From Anaerolineae bacterium (GTDB lineage Bacteria > Chloroflexota > Anaerolineae > Aggregatilineales > Phototrophicaceae): a stretch of DNA of 36,497 bases. The position numbers and the translations under genes are program-made. The notes beneath the pieces are model-generated. The model did not search any database and had not been told where the DNA came from. It saw only the letters and a program-made list of their open reading frames with translations. Shown here piece after piece: positions 8,654 to 17,276 of the stretch. How positions within the stretch are numbered: the first letter of the stretch is position 1; each line of letters opens with the position of its first letter. The stretch lies in assembly GCA_016788965.1 (NCBI GenBank), contig JAEUQZ010000001.1, positions 1 through 36,497 of the forward strand, given 5' to 3'.

Positions 8654-10294
8654 ATGACTACAAAAGACGCCCCACACGCCGAGCCGGAAAAAGGTCTGCG
8701 CCTCCTGCGCGGTTCCGGCATCAACAACAAGTCGCTCGCCTTCAGTCCCGAAGAGCGCCGTGAACTCGGACTTCGAGGCCTGCTGCCTGCTCGCATCAAC
8801 ACCATGGACGAGCAGGTGCAGATCCTCATGAATACCTTCCGCAGCAAGTCCACCCTGCTCGACAAGTACATCTACCTGATGGACATGCAGCAGCGCCGCA
8901 GCACCCTCTTCTACCGGGCGCTGATCGACTACATGTCCGAACTGCTCCCCGTGGTCTATACCCCGACTGTCGGGTTGGCCTGCCAGGAATACAGCCACAT
9001 CTACGTCGGCGGTCGCGGCCTGTTTATCTCCGAGGAGTACAAAGGCGAGATCGCCGACGTGCTGGCGAACTGGCCGGAAGATGACATCCGCGTCATTGTC
9101 GTGACCGACGGCGAACGCATCCTCGGCCTGGGCGACCTGGGCGCGAACGGCATGGGCATCCCCCTCGGCAAGCTGGCGCTGTATACCGCCTGCGCTGGCA
9201 TCCATCCGAGCTACTGCCTGCCCATCACCCTCGATGTCGGAACGGAGACCGAAGCCCTCCGCAGCGATATGGCCTATATCGGCCTGGCGAAACCCCGGAC
9301 GCGCGGCCCGGCCTATGATGACCTGATCGAGGAATTCGTCCGCGCCGTCGAGAAGCGTTTCCCGAAGGCGCTGATCCAGTTCGAGGACTTCGGCAACCAG
9401 AATGCCTTCCGCCTGCTGGAACGCTACCGCCACCAGTCGCGGACCTTCAACGACGACATCCAGGGCACAGCCGCCGTCACGCTGGCCGGATTGCTCTCCG
9501 CCCTGCACATGACTGGCAAGCCGCTCACCGACCAGACCATCCTGTTCCTCGGCGCGGGCGAGGCCGGCATCGGCATCGGCGACCTGATCGTCTCCGCCAT
9601 GATGGAACAGGGCATGAGCGAAGCCGACGCCCGCCAGCGCTGCTGGTTCGTGGACTCGAAGGGCCTGGTCGTCGCCAGCCGCACCGATCTGGCCGAACAC
9701 AAGAAGCGCTTCGCCCATGACCACGCTTTCGTGAGCGATCTCCTCAGCGCAGTCGAGGCGCTCCGCCCAACCGCCCTGATCGGCGCATCTGGGATGCCCC
9801 AGACCTTCACCGAGCCGGTCGTCAAAGCGATGGCGCAGATGAACGCCCAGCCGATCATCTTCGCCCTGTCCAACCCGACCTCGAAATCCGAATGCACGGC
9901 GGAGCAGGCTTATACCTGGACGAACGGCCGCGCCATCTTCGCCAGCGGCAGCCCCTTCCCGCCCGTCACCCTCAACGGTCGCGTCATCGTGCCGGGGCAG
10001 GCCAACAACTCCTATATCTTCCCCGGCGTCGGCCTGGGCATCCTCGCCAGCGAAGCCCGCCACGTCACCGACGCCATGTTCCTGGCGGCCGCGAAGGCGC
10101 TGGTCGCCCAGGTGACGGATGCCGATTGGTCGCAGGGCTGCATCTTCCCGCCGCTGACGCAGATCCGTCAGGTCTCGGCGGCCATCGCGACATCTGTGGC
10201 CGAGGTCGCCTATGCCAGCGGGCTGGCCGATTTCCCACGCCCGGCGGATTTACGCGCCCACGTCATCGCCCAGATGTACGATCCTCGCTATTGA
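8654..10294 (+). CDS. maeA: NAD-dependent malic enzyme
   Basis: 'VYTPTVGLAC', 'VTDGERILGLGDLG', 'FNDDIQGTA', 'GAGEAG', 'LSNPT', 'GQANNSYIFPG'. Confidence 0.95.
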   Translation: MTTKDAPHAEPEKGLRLLRGSGINNKSLAFSPEERRELGLRGLLPARINTMDEQVQILMNTFRSKSTLLDKYIYLMDMQQRRSTLFYRALIDYMSELLPVVYTPTVGLACQEYSHIYVGGRGLFISEEYKGEIADVLANWPEDDIRVIVVTDGERILGLGDLGANGMGIPLGKLALYTACAGIHPSYCLPITLDVGTETEALRSDMAYIGLAKPRTRGPAYDDLIEEFVRAVEKRFPKALIQFEDFGNQNAFRLLERYRHQSRTFNDDIQGTAAVTLAGLLSALHMTGKPLTDQTILFLGAGEAGIGIGDLIVSAMMEQGMSEADARQRCWFVDSKGLVVASRTDLAEHKKRFAHDHAFVSDLLSAVEALRPTALIGASGMPQTFTEPVVKAMAQMNAQPIIFALSNPTSKSECTAEQAYTWTNGRAIFASGSPFPPVTLNGRVIVPGQANNSYIFPGVGLGILASEARHVTDAMFLAAAKALVAQVTDADWSQGCIFPPLTQIRQVSAAIATSVAEVAYASGLADFPRPADLRAHVIAQMYDPRY

Positions 10295-10307
10295 GTTCAC
10301 GCTGCGC

Positions 10308-10598
10308 GGGGCGCATGGCTGACCATGCGCCCCACGGATATTCCCTGAAAACCGACGCTCGCTGCCCACAAACACGTCTTCGTAGGGACGCCATTCTTGG
10401 CGTCCGCCGCATCCCTACCCAGCACATTCGCCCTCGTAGGGGCATGATGCATCATGCCCAACCCACCCCCTAAACAGGACCCGCCGTCAGGCCGCCCTGC
10501 CTTTCCCTAATCCCCAATCCCTAACCCCTGATCCCTGCCTCTGAACCCCTGGAGGGGGTGGTCTTCCTCATAGCCGGGGGATTACATCCCTCGGCGTC
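10308..10598. repeat. Mosaic repeat cluster 2
   Basis: Reverse REP 10308-10335; REPs 10382-10405 and 10436-10459 (10369-10460 is a near copy of 5617-5709); heptamers CCCTAAT/CCCCAAT 10505-10539; CCCCTGGAGGGG+hairpin 10543-10598. Confidence 0.85.
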
Positions 10599-10668
10599 GC
10601 CCCGCCGCCTCGTCCCCTATTTTCATCCCTTCGTGTCGCTGTTCCCTTATCATGGACATCTGCTCTGC

Positions 10669-11487
10669 CTATCCGCCCCCTCGCCCCGCCCGGAGGCGCA
10701 GATCGCGCAGGCACGTCGGCGGGGGATGCTCGCCCCCCAACGGATCGCCGGGGCGGTGGAAATCCGAGCCGCCCGTGACCACCAGGTTGAACCGGGCCGC
10801 CATCCCGCGCAGGTTGGCGCGGACGGCCGCCCCGTGACCGGGATGATGCGCCTCGATCCCGTCCAGGCCAACTGGAACAAGGCGTTCAATGAGCGCGGCG
10901 TAGTCCGGCGCGAGTCCGGGATGCGCCAGCGCCGCCGCGCCCCCCGCCTGATGAATCAGGGCGATGGCTTCTTCTGGTAGAAAGATCGGATGGGAGATAT
11001 GAGCCGGGCGGCCATCGCCGAGGTAGCGGTCGAAGGCTTCGCTAACCGTAGCGACGTGCCCGGCCTGGCGCAGGGCGCGGGCGATATGCGGCCGCCCGAC
11101 CGTGCCGGAACCCGCCAACAACTGCACCCGCTCCCATTCCACCGGAGCGCCCAGTTCGCTCAGGCGGGCGACGATGCGCCGGGCACGCGCGATACGCTCG
11201 GCCTGACGGCGCTGGAGCCTATCTTGCAGCGCGGGATGTTCCGGTTGGATGTAATAACCGAGGATGTGAATTTCGCGGTTGTGATCCGTGGCGGTGAGTT
11301 CGATGGCCGGGATGATGACCGGGAAGCCCTGCGCGGCAGTGACGGCTTCGGCGATCCCAGCAGTCGTATCATGATCGGTGAGGGCGATGGCGTTGAGATG
11401 GCGCTGCCGCGCAGATTCCACCAACTCCGCCGGTCGCAAGTGACCGTCAGAGGCGCTGCTATGGAGATGCAGATCGATCCGCGTCAC
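10669..11487 (-). CDS. PHP domain metal-dependent phosphoesterase (TrpH/YciV-like)
   Basis: 'DLHLHSSASDG', 'ALTDHDT', 'HILGY', 'GRPHIA', 'LAHP', 'GGSDFH'. Confidence 0.93.
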   Translation of the reverse strand: MTRIDLHLHSSASDGHLRPAELVESARQRHLNAIALTDHDTTAGIAEAVTAAQGFPVIIPAIELTATDHNREIHILGYYIQPEHPALQDRLQRRQAERIARARRIVARLSELGAPVEWERVQLLAGSGTVGRPHIARALRQAGHVATVSEAFDRYLGDGRPAHISHPIFLPEEAIALIHQAGGAAALAHPGLAPDYAALIERLVPVGLDGIEAHHPGHGAAVRANLRGMAARFNLVVTGGSDFHRPGDPLGGEHPPPTCLRDLRLRAGRGGG

Positions 11488-11490
11488 AGT

Positions 11491-11802
11491 TCACGGCGAA
11501 CGCGGCTCGACTGCGAAGCGCACCGCCGTGCGTTCCTGCCCGTCGATGTTGACCTCGGTGAAAAACGGCGTGAACACGATGTCGATTTCATCCCGGCTCA
11601 GATACCCCCGGGCAATCGCCAGCGCCTTGACCGCCTGGTTGACGGCTCCGGCCCCAATCGCCTGGACTTCCGCGTAGCGGTACTCGCGGATCACCCCGGC
11701 GATGGCTCCGGCCACGGCTGTGGAGCGCGACTTGGCCGACACCTTGATGACGTCAGGACGAGACTCAGGACGAGACAGGTTCTCTTCTTCTTCGAAGCTC
11801 AT
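11491..11802 (-). CDS. spoVS: Stage V sporulation protein S family protein
   Basis: 'IKVSAKSRSTAVAGAIAG...AIGAGAVNQAVKALAIARGY'. ATG at 11802 with GAGG RBS. Confidence 0.93.
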   Translation of the reverse strand: MSFEEEENLSRPESRPDVIKVSAKSRSTAVAGAIAGVIREYRYAEVQAIGAGAVNQAVKALAIARGYLSRDEIDIVFTPFFTEVNIDGQERTAVRFAVEPRSP

Positions 11803-11993
11803 TGATAACCTCGCCTTTGAGCGGGTCTTCACCTTAATGCAAAGGTGAGCAGCTTTCCGCTACGGTGTGCTGCCCGTCGGACAAAGGTCTGTGGGCGGTG
11901 GTTGTAAGGTGCGCCTTCTTGCCTCGCAATCAGATTCAGTTTACCGCAAAAAAATAGACTCGTCTACTACTCGGCGTTTCCCTATTCAAACTG

Positions 11994-12002
11994 TGCTATC
12001 AT
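11994..12002 (+). promoter_or_regulatory. Extended -10 promoter element
   Basis: TGcTATCAT about 50 bp upstream of ATG 12053. Confidence 0.4.
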
Positions 12003-12052
12003 ACGCCGGGCGAACAAACCATAGACGCGAGGGGGAGAAAGTCGAGGCGCGG

Positions 12053-13219
12053 ATGTTGGATTGGCTCATCGTGGGCGGGGGTATTCAAGGAACCTATCTG
12101 TCGCTGTATCTGACGCGACGGCGGCGCGTTCCGATGGAGCGGCTGCGCGTCCTTGATCCCTATGCCGAGCCGCTGACGCTCTGGAACCGCTTCACCGCCA
12201 ACAGCGGCATGGAGTATCTGCGCTCCTCGCACGCGCACAATCTCCACTTCGACCCCTTCTCCCTGGTGACGTTCGCCCGGACAGCCGACGGCCTGCCGCT
12301 GGCCCGTTTCATCGAACCCTACGGGCGTCCTTCGCTGGAACTCTTCCGGGCGCACTCCACCCGCTTGATCGACCGCTACCATCTGGCCGATCTGCGCGTC
12401 CAGGGCCGCGCCCAGCGTCTCCGCCGGATCGAAGGCGGCTGGCGCGTTGAAACCGACCACGGCGGCATCGAAGCCCGCCGCGTCATCCTCGCCATCGGCA
12501 TGACCGAGCAGCCCTTCTGGCCCGGCTGGGCGCTCGACCTGCGCGGCGCGGGCGGCGCGGTGGATCACCTCTTTGACCCGGCCTTTGAGCGGGAAGCGCT
12601 GCCCCCCTGGGAGCAGGCCGTCGTGGTCGGCGGTGGGATCAGCGCAGCCCAGGCGGCCATGGCGCTGGCGATGCGCCAGCCAGGAACGGTCACGCTGCTC
12701 ATGCGCCACGCCCCACGGGTGCATTCTTTCGACGCCGAACCCGGCTGGATCACCCCGGCCTATCTCGACGGCTTTCATGCCCAGCGCGATTATGGACAGC
12801 GCCGCGCCATGATCCGCGCCGCCCGTCACCGGGGATCGCTGCCGCCCGATGTCGCCGACGATCTGCGAAAGGCCGAGGCCAACCGCCTCCTCGTCCGTCG
12901 CCAGGATGAAGTCCTGTCCGCGCGGGTTCAGGGGACATCCAGCCTGCTGGAACTGGCGAGCGGGGCGTCACTGGCGGTGGATCGCGTCATCCTGGCGACC
13001 GGCTTCTCCGGCGACCGTCCCGGCGGCGGTTGGCTGGATGCCGCCATCGCTGAGTACGGGCTGCCCTGCGCCGAGGATGGCTTTCCCATCGTGGATCGCT
13101 CGCTGTGCTGGGCCGAGGGCTTATATGTCTGCGGGCCGCTGGCCGAACTGGAAATCGGCCCGGTGGCGCGGAACTTCGCCGGAGTCAAATTGGCCGCCGA
13201 ACGCATTGGAGCTTCATGA
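12053..13219 (+). CDS. FAD/NAD(P)-binding oxidoreductase
   Basis: 'MLDWLIVGGGIQG', 'MEYLRS', 'VVGGGISAAQ', 'ILATGF', 'LAELEIGPVARN'. Start reassigned to ATG 12053. Confidence 0.85.
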   Translation: MLDWLIVGGGIQGTYLSLYLTRRRRVPMERLRVLDPYAEPLTLWNRFTANSGMEYLRSSHAHNLHFDPFSLVTFARTADGLPLARFIEPYGRPSLELFRAHSTRLIDRYHLADLRVQGRAQRLRRIEGGWRVETDHGGIEARRVILAIGMTEQPFWPGWALDLRGAGGAVDHLFDPAFEREALPPWEQAVVVGGGISAAQAAMALAMRQPGTVTLLMRHAPRVHSFDAEPGWITPAYLDGFHAQRDYGQRRAMIRAARHRGSLPPDVADDLRKAEANRLLVRRQDEVLSARVQGTSSLLELASGASLAVDRVILATGFSGDRPGGGWLDAAIAEYGLPCAEDGFPIVDRSLCWAEGLYVCGPLAELEIGPVARNFAGVKLAAERIGAS

Positions 13220-14130
13220 TGCGCCTGTTCAAAGGATTGGTGGTCTTCGGAGTGGTTGGTCTGAGCGCGGTCGGCATTCGCGTGCTGCAACGTCGCAATG
13301 CCGTTGCGCTCATCGACCCGCAGTCGCTCGTCACCCTGCCAGACGGCGAGACGGAAAGCCGCGTCGTCCACCTGGAGGGAGCCGTCAACTTCCGCGAGGT
13401 CGGCGGCTATCCCACCATGGGTGGCGGCCGGACACGGCGCGGCATGGTCTACCGCGCCGGATCGCTGGCGCGGCTGACCGAGGCCGATCTGGAACGCCTC
13501 CACAACCTGAACCTGAAGCTGGTCTGCGATCTGCGCGGGAACGATGAAGTCAACGACGAACCCGACCGCCTGCCGCAGAATCCCGCCCCGCAGCGCGTCC
13601 ATCTGCCCCTCGTAGCCGAGGATGACCGCCTGGAGCGGCTCTGGATGCTCTTCTTCGACCGCCGCAAGCTGCCCGACTTCATGCGCGAGATGTACAGCCG
13701 CATCATCCTCGAACAGAACGCCCGGCTCTACGGCAGCATCCTGGAGCGCCTCTCCCACCCGGAGAATCTCCCCGCGCTGATCCACTGCACGGCGGGCAAG
13801 GATCGCACCGGCATCGCCATCGCCCTGCTGCTGAGCGTCCTCGGCGTGCCGGAAGAAACCATCCTGGCCGATTACTCGCTCAGCAACCAGCACTACGACA
13901 CCTTCTTCCGCTACGGCTCACGGGCCATGCGCGCCGTCGAGCGGTTCGGCCTGTCCGCCGATGATCTCCAGCCCTTCCTGCTGGCGAATCCCGCCACCCT
14001 CAAAGGAGCGCTGGACGACATCCGCGCGAAGTACGGCTCGCTGGAAGCCTACCTGACCCAGGCCGCCGGGCTGGATGCCACCGTCCTCTCGCGGCTGCGC
14101 TCCCTCCTCCTCGAAGACCCGCCCAGGTGA
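13216..14130 (+). CDS. Tyrosine-protein phosphatase (PtpB/IphP type) with N-terminal hydrophobic anchor
   Basis: 'NFREVGGY', 'DLR', P-loop HCTAGKDRTG, 'ADYSLSN'. ATGA overlap with the upstream stop. Confidence 0.92.
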   Translation: MMRLFKGLVVFGVVGLSAVGIRVLQRRNAVALIDPQSLVTLPDGETESRVVHLEGAVNFREVGGYPTMGGGRTRRGMVYRAGSLARLTEADLERLHNLNLKLVCDLRGNDEVNDEPDRLPQNPAPQRVHLPLVAEDDRLERLWMLFFDRRKLPDFMREMYSRIILEQNARLYGSILERLSHPENLPALIHCTAGKDRTGIAIALLLSVLGVPEETILADYSLSNQHYDTFFRYGSRAMRAVERFGLSADDLQPFLLANPATLKGALDDIRAKYGSLEAYLTQAAGLDATVLSRLRSLLLEDPPR

Positions 14131-14144
14131 CGCTCATCGACTCG

Positions 14145-14246
14145 TTTCAGGCCGTACTTCTTGAGCCAGCGGCTGAGATTGACCTCGGAAGTTCCGTTAC
14201 GCGGCGCGATGAACCTCTGGCTGGCTTCATGCGCGAGCAGCGCCTC
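14145..14246 (-). pseudogene. Remnant resembling the C-terminal HTH of a serine resolvase
   Basis: The minus frame reads EALLAHEASQRFIAPRNGTSEVNLSRWLKKYGLK. No start codon or catalytic domain. Confidence 0.4.
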
Positions 14247-14276
14247 TCCCCCGATCCGTCATCTCTCTCCTGTCTT

Positions 14277-14311
14277 CCCTGATCCCTAATCCCCAACCCC
14301 TAATCCCTGCT
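14277..14311 (+). repeat. Heptamer tandem repeat (5 units)
   Basis: CCCTGAT CCCTAAT CCCCAAC CCCTAAT CCCTGCT. Confidence 0.85.
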
Positions 14312-14623
14312 CCGCGCCCGCAGGTCGAGCAGCCCGCCTCCATCCAGCATCTCGCCCGTGAAGCCGTAGACGGTCTGCGCCGCCCCGACGCTGCCAAAGC
14401 CGCTCCCGAAGTCGGCATAATGAGTCATCCACAGCAGGCTGCCGCTGTGGTCTACCACCTCGCGCACCGAGCCGAGGCCATCCTGCGCCAGCCACTCCCA
14501 GTTGCCGCTCGCATCCTTCTGGGCATGGATGCCCCGGATGGCATGGACATAGCGATCCACGCTGGCTCCCTGGCTGGCGCTCAGCACCACGGCCAGCCCC
14601 GGCTGGAGGTCGAGCAGATAACG
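14312..14623 (-). pseudogene. Orphan Rhs core fragment
   Basis: 312 bp colinear near-duplicate of 16299-16610 (RYLLDLQPG...LLDLRAR), cut off at the heptamer array before DPxG. Confidence 0.88.
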
Positions 14624-14775
14624 ACCTATCAGCTTCTATCCACACTTCACGAACGACAAGAGGCCGAAAATGAAAGCGCCTGCGTTACACAGGCACTTCC
14701 AAGTGAGTTAGGCTGCTCTCTCTTACCCTACTTCATGCTATTGCAAAGTTATGAACTAAAGACTTGAGGTCACAT

Positions 14776-15039
14776 TTAGCCCTGTAAATCAACAGCAGCG
14801 GAAATGCTATCAACAGACGGGATGTCTTTCGCTTTGGCAAGTTCACCCATAGCGCCATGTTGAGCGCTGTATTCTAAATCCTCAAGTACAATGGTGAGCG
14901 GTCTATTGCCAATTGAGTACGATGCTTCTCGGAGTACGCCAAAAGTAGTACACAAAAACCGTAAACTTTCTCTATCATCTGCCTCAATTGCATTTATTAG
15001 TCTCAACCGCAGCGCGGTTAAGAGATTTAGAAGTATCAT
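14776..15039 (-). CDS. Hypothetical protein, candidate Rhs immunity protein
   Basis: 87 aa AT-rich ORF between the toxin tip and the next Rhs fragment. Confidence 0.6.
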   Translation of the reverse strand: MILLNLLTALRLRLINAIEADDRESLRFLCTTFGVLREASYSIGNRPLTIVLEDLEYSAQHGAMGELAKAKDIPSVDSISAAVDLQG

Positions 15040-15129
15040 TAGAGACCTTTGCTATTGTAGAGCTAAATCAGATATATCACCTATCATAGCTCGGGTGTAT
15101 TCGGATTTCGGGGCAGGATTGGTTATTTC

Positions 15130-15155
15130 GGGGCGACACACGGGTCGCCCCCTAT
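15130..15155 (-). repeat. REP hairpin (ATAG variant)
   Basis: GGGCGAC-acacgg-GTCGCCC-CCTAT. Confidence 0.65.
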
Positions 15156-15245
15156 GCACCGTCGGCGGTCTGGTAGGAAGACGATCCACGTATCGTTCCG
15201 ACTTCTGAGGCACAAATTGAAGTTGCCTCATTTCCGAATGCACCC

Positions 15246-16814
15246 TTATGGCTCTCGGAAATTGAAAAATGATTGGAGTTGTGGCGAAATAGCAGGTGTA
15301 CCAAGATTTGCTCTGTCTGCTAGATGCCAATTATACCAATAAGTGTGGTCGTTATACCAAACTGAAACATGTCCCGGAGGGAAAGTTAATTGCATGCCTG
15401 AGTTCGGCTCTATATAAGGGTTTCCAGTCCATATATTGACTGACAATTGATTCCCATCGGGTTGAACTATGTAGTTATTACTCCGAAGGCGACTGATACG
15501 GTATTTGATTGTTGTACCTCCCGGATTGTAGTCGTAAAAAGACAATCCGGTTTGATAATCACCATCTTTGTGCAAACTAACACTTTTTGCTGTCCCAGTA
15601 CTGGCTTGACGATATATTAAATCCTTATCATCAGTCGGTGTTGGCGTTGGCGTTGGTGTTGAAGTTGGCGTGCAAGTGGGTGTCGGCGCGGTGGACGGCC
15701 CCGGTGTTCCTTGGGGGCCAACGAACGGTTCTGGACGATTGTTGTCATCAGGTTCCGGTGTGTATCCAGGGTCATTGAGGCTCCACCACCATCTCCGTAG
15801 TTTCCTGATAATACTGTCATCCAATGCATCCTCAATGGCTTCTTCTGCGCCAGGCGGAAGAACGACAATGCCACCGCATTTCGGAGGACGGTTAGGGGGT
15901 GCAGTTTGTACACAATCGATGGTTTGTTGAAGCATTGCGTTGGTAGCATCCAGGGATGCACCCTGTTGTTGCAGAAGCTGAGCCAATTCGTCGGCAATGT
16001 GGCTAAATCCTTCAATCAGCCCCGTAGCTATTTCATTGAGTTCCTCCTGCAACAGATATACACCTGCAACAACTACGAAACCGATACCGACCGCTGCCAA
16101 AAATTGCTGGCATCCTGGTATTAGCGCGCATGCTGTTAGCGCGGCCGTACCAATGTTTTCAATTACTGCAATGCTGCCAACATCCTGCAAGCCGGACGGA
16201 TCGGTTCGGTTTACCGGATTTCCGCGCACGTAGGCATATCGATTGGGCGTTTCCAACGGATCGAGGCTGGCGAAGACGCCCAGCCCAGGGGCATAGCGCC
16301 GCGCCCGCAGGTCGAGCAGCCCGCCCCCATCCAGCATCTCGCCCGTGAAGCCGTAGACGGTCTGCGCCGTCCCGACGCTGCCATAGCCGCTCCCGAAGTC
16401 GGCATAGTGGCTCATCCACAGCAGGCTGCCGCTGTTGTCCACCACCGCGCGCACCGAGCCGAGGCCATCCTGCGCCAGCCACGCCCAGTTGCCGCCCGCA
16501 TCCTTCTGGGCATGGATGCCCCGGATGGCATGGACATAGCGCTCCACGCTGGCTCCCTGGCTGGCGCTCAGCACCACGGCCAGCCCCGGCTGGAGATCGA
16601 GCAGGTAGCGGGTGACGGTCGCGCCGAGGGTCTGGCTGACGCGGCGGCCATCGCCGTCGTAGGCATGGCTCGCGCCGCCCATCGCCAGCAGGCGGTTGGC
16701 GCGATCCCAGCTATAGGCGTTCGTCCCGTCGTGGGTCAGGTTGCCGTTGTCGTCGTAGGCATACCCCGCGCTGCTGATCGGGTTGCCGGCGTTGGCCTCC
16801 CCGCCTTTCCCCAA
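15246..16814 (-). CDS. 5'-truncated (orphan) Rhs repeat-associated core protein with C-terminal toxin
   Basis: YD repeats (YAYDDNGNL, YSWDRANRL, YDGDGRR), 'DGLGSVR', 'YGFTGE', 'NRYAYVRGNPVNRTDPSG', then an AT-rich variable tip. The nominal TTG start lies inside a heptamer repeat. Confidence 0.88.
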   Translation of the reverse strand: MGKGGEANAGNPISSAGYAYDDNGNLTHDGTNAYSWDRANRLLAMGGASHAYDGDGRRVSQTLGATVTRYLLDLQPGLAVVLSASQGASVERYVHAIRGIHAQKDAGGNWAWLAQDGLGSVRAVVDNSGSLLWMSHYADFGSGYGSVGTAQTVYGFTGEMLDGGGLLDLRARRYAPGLGVFASLDPLETPNRYAYVRGNPVNRTDPSGLQDVGSIAVIENIGTAALTACALIPGCQQFLAAVGIGFVVVAGVYLLQEELNEIATGLIEGFSHIADELAQLLQQQGASLDATNAMLQQTIDCVQTAPPNRPPKCGGIVVLPPGAEEAIEDALDDSIIRKLRRWWWSLNDPGYTPEPDDNNRPEPFVGPQGTPGPSTAPTPTCTPTSTPTPTPTPTDDKDLIYRQASTGTAKSVSLHKDGDYQTGLSFYDYNPGGTTIKYRISRLRSNNYIVQPDGNQLSVNIWTGNPYIEPNSGMQLTFPPGHVSVWYNDHTYWYNWHLADRANLGTPAISPQLQSFFNFREP

Positions 16815-17105
16815 TCCCTAATCCCCACCCCCTTCTCAAGAGTAGGTCTTTCACGACAAATCGATCCAAAGGGATCAATCACGCATCATTGAGCAGTTCC
16901 CAGGAACCCCTGGAGGGGGTGGTCTTCCTCTAGCCCGGCCATTTCATGGCCGGGTGACGACTGTCAACTCACCCCCGCCCTGATAATCCCCCACACCCTC
17001 CGTATGATCTCTGCGTCCTCTGCGTCTCTGCGGTTCACTTCTTCTTTTTCTTTGCGCCCTTTGCGTCTGTGCGAAGCCTCCCCGTCAGGGGATTGCGGTT
17101 AAATC
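16809..17105 (+). repeat. Mosaic repeat cluster 3a
   Basis: Heptamers 16809-16829; CCCCTGGAGGGG+hairpin 16904-16954; CTCTGCGTC repeats 16996-17037; CTTTGCG repeats 17050-17073. Confidence 0.8.
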
Positions 17106-17167
17106 TTCTTCCCTCCGATTATATGGCGCAAAAGTAGACAAAATGTCACCCTAACCCGCCCATTTTG

Positions 17168-17248
17168 TGCTATTGTAGAGTTACGCGGGGACACTTCGTA
17201 GGGGCATGATGGATCATGCCCAGCCCACCCGCATCGCACCTTAACAAC
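17168..17248 (+). promoter_or_regulatory. Possible extended -10 promoter and boxA-like motif
   Basis: TGcTATTGT 17168-17176; cGCaCcTTAACA 17235-17246 matches E. coli boxA TGCTCTTTAACA at 9/12 positions. Confidence 0.35.
17198..17221 (+). repeat. GTAG-type REP hairpin
   Basis: GTAG-GGGCATGA-tgga-TCATGCCC, same family as 5685 and 10436. Confidence 0.85.
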
Positions 17249-17276
17249 CGGACTGTGGACATCGCGCAGTGCCTTC

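Noticed and set aside
15633-15690. GTTGGC-type hexamer repeats
   Set aside because: They simply encode the Pro-Thr linker of the Rhs tip.
14312-16610. Possible DGR template/variable repeat pair
   Set aside because: Differences are not adenine-specific, there is no reverse transcriptase, and Rhs core duplication explains the pair.
16854-16864. CGACAAATCGA also present at 17502-17512
   Set aside because: An 11-bp match that could be chance; no other support for a target-site duplication.
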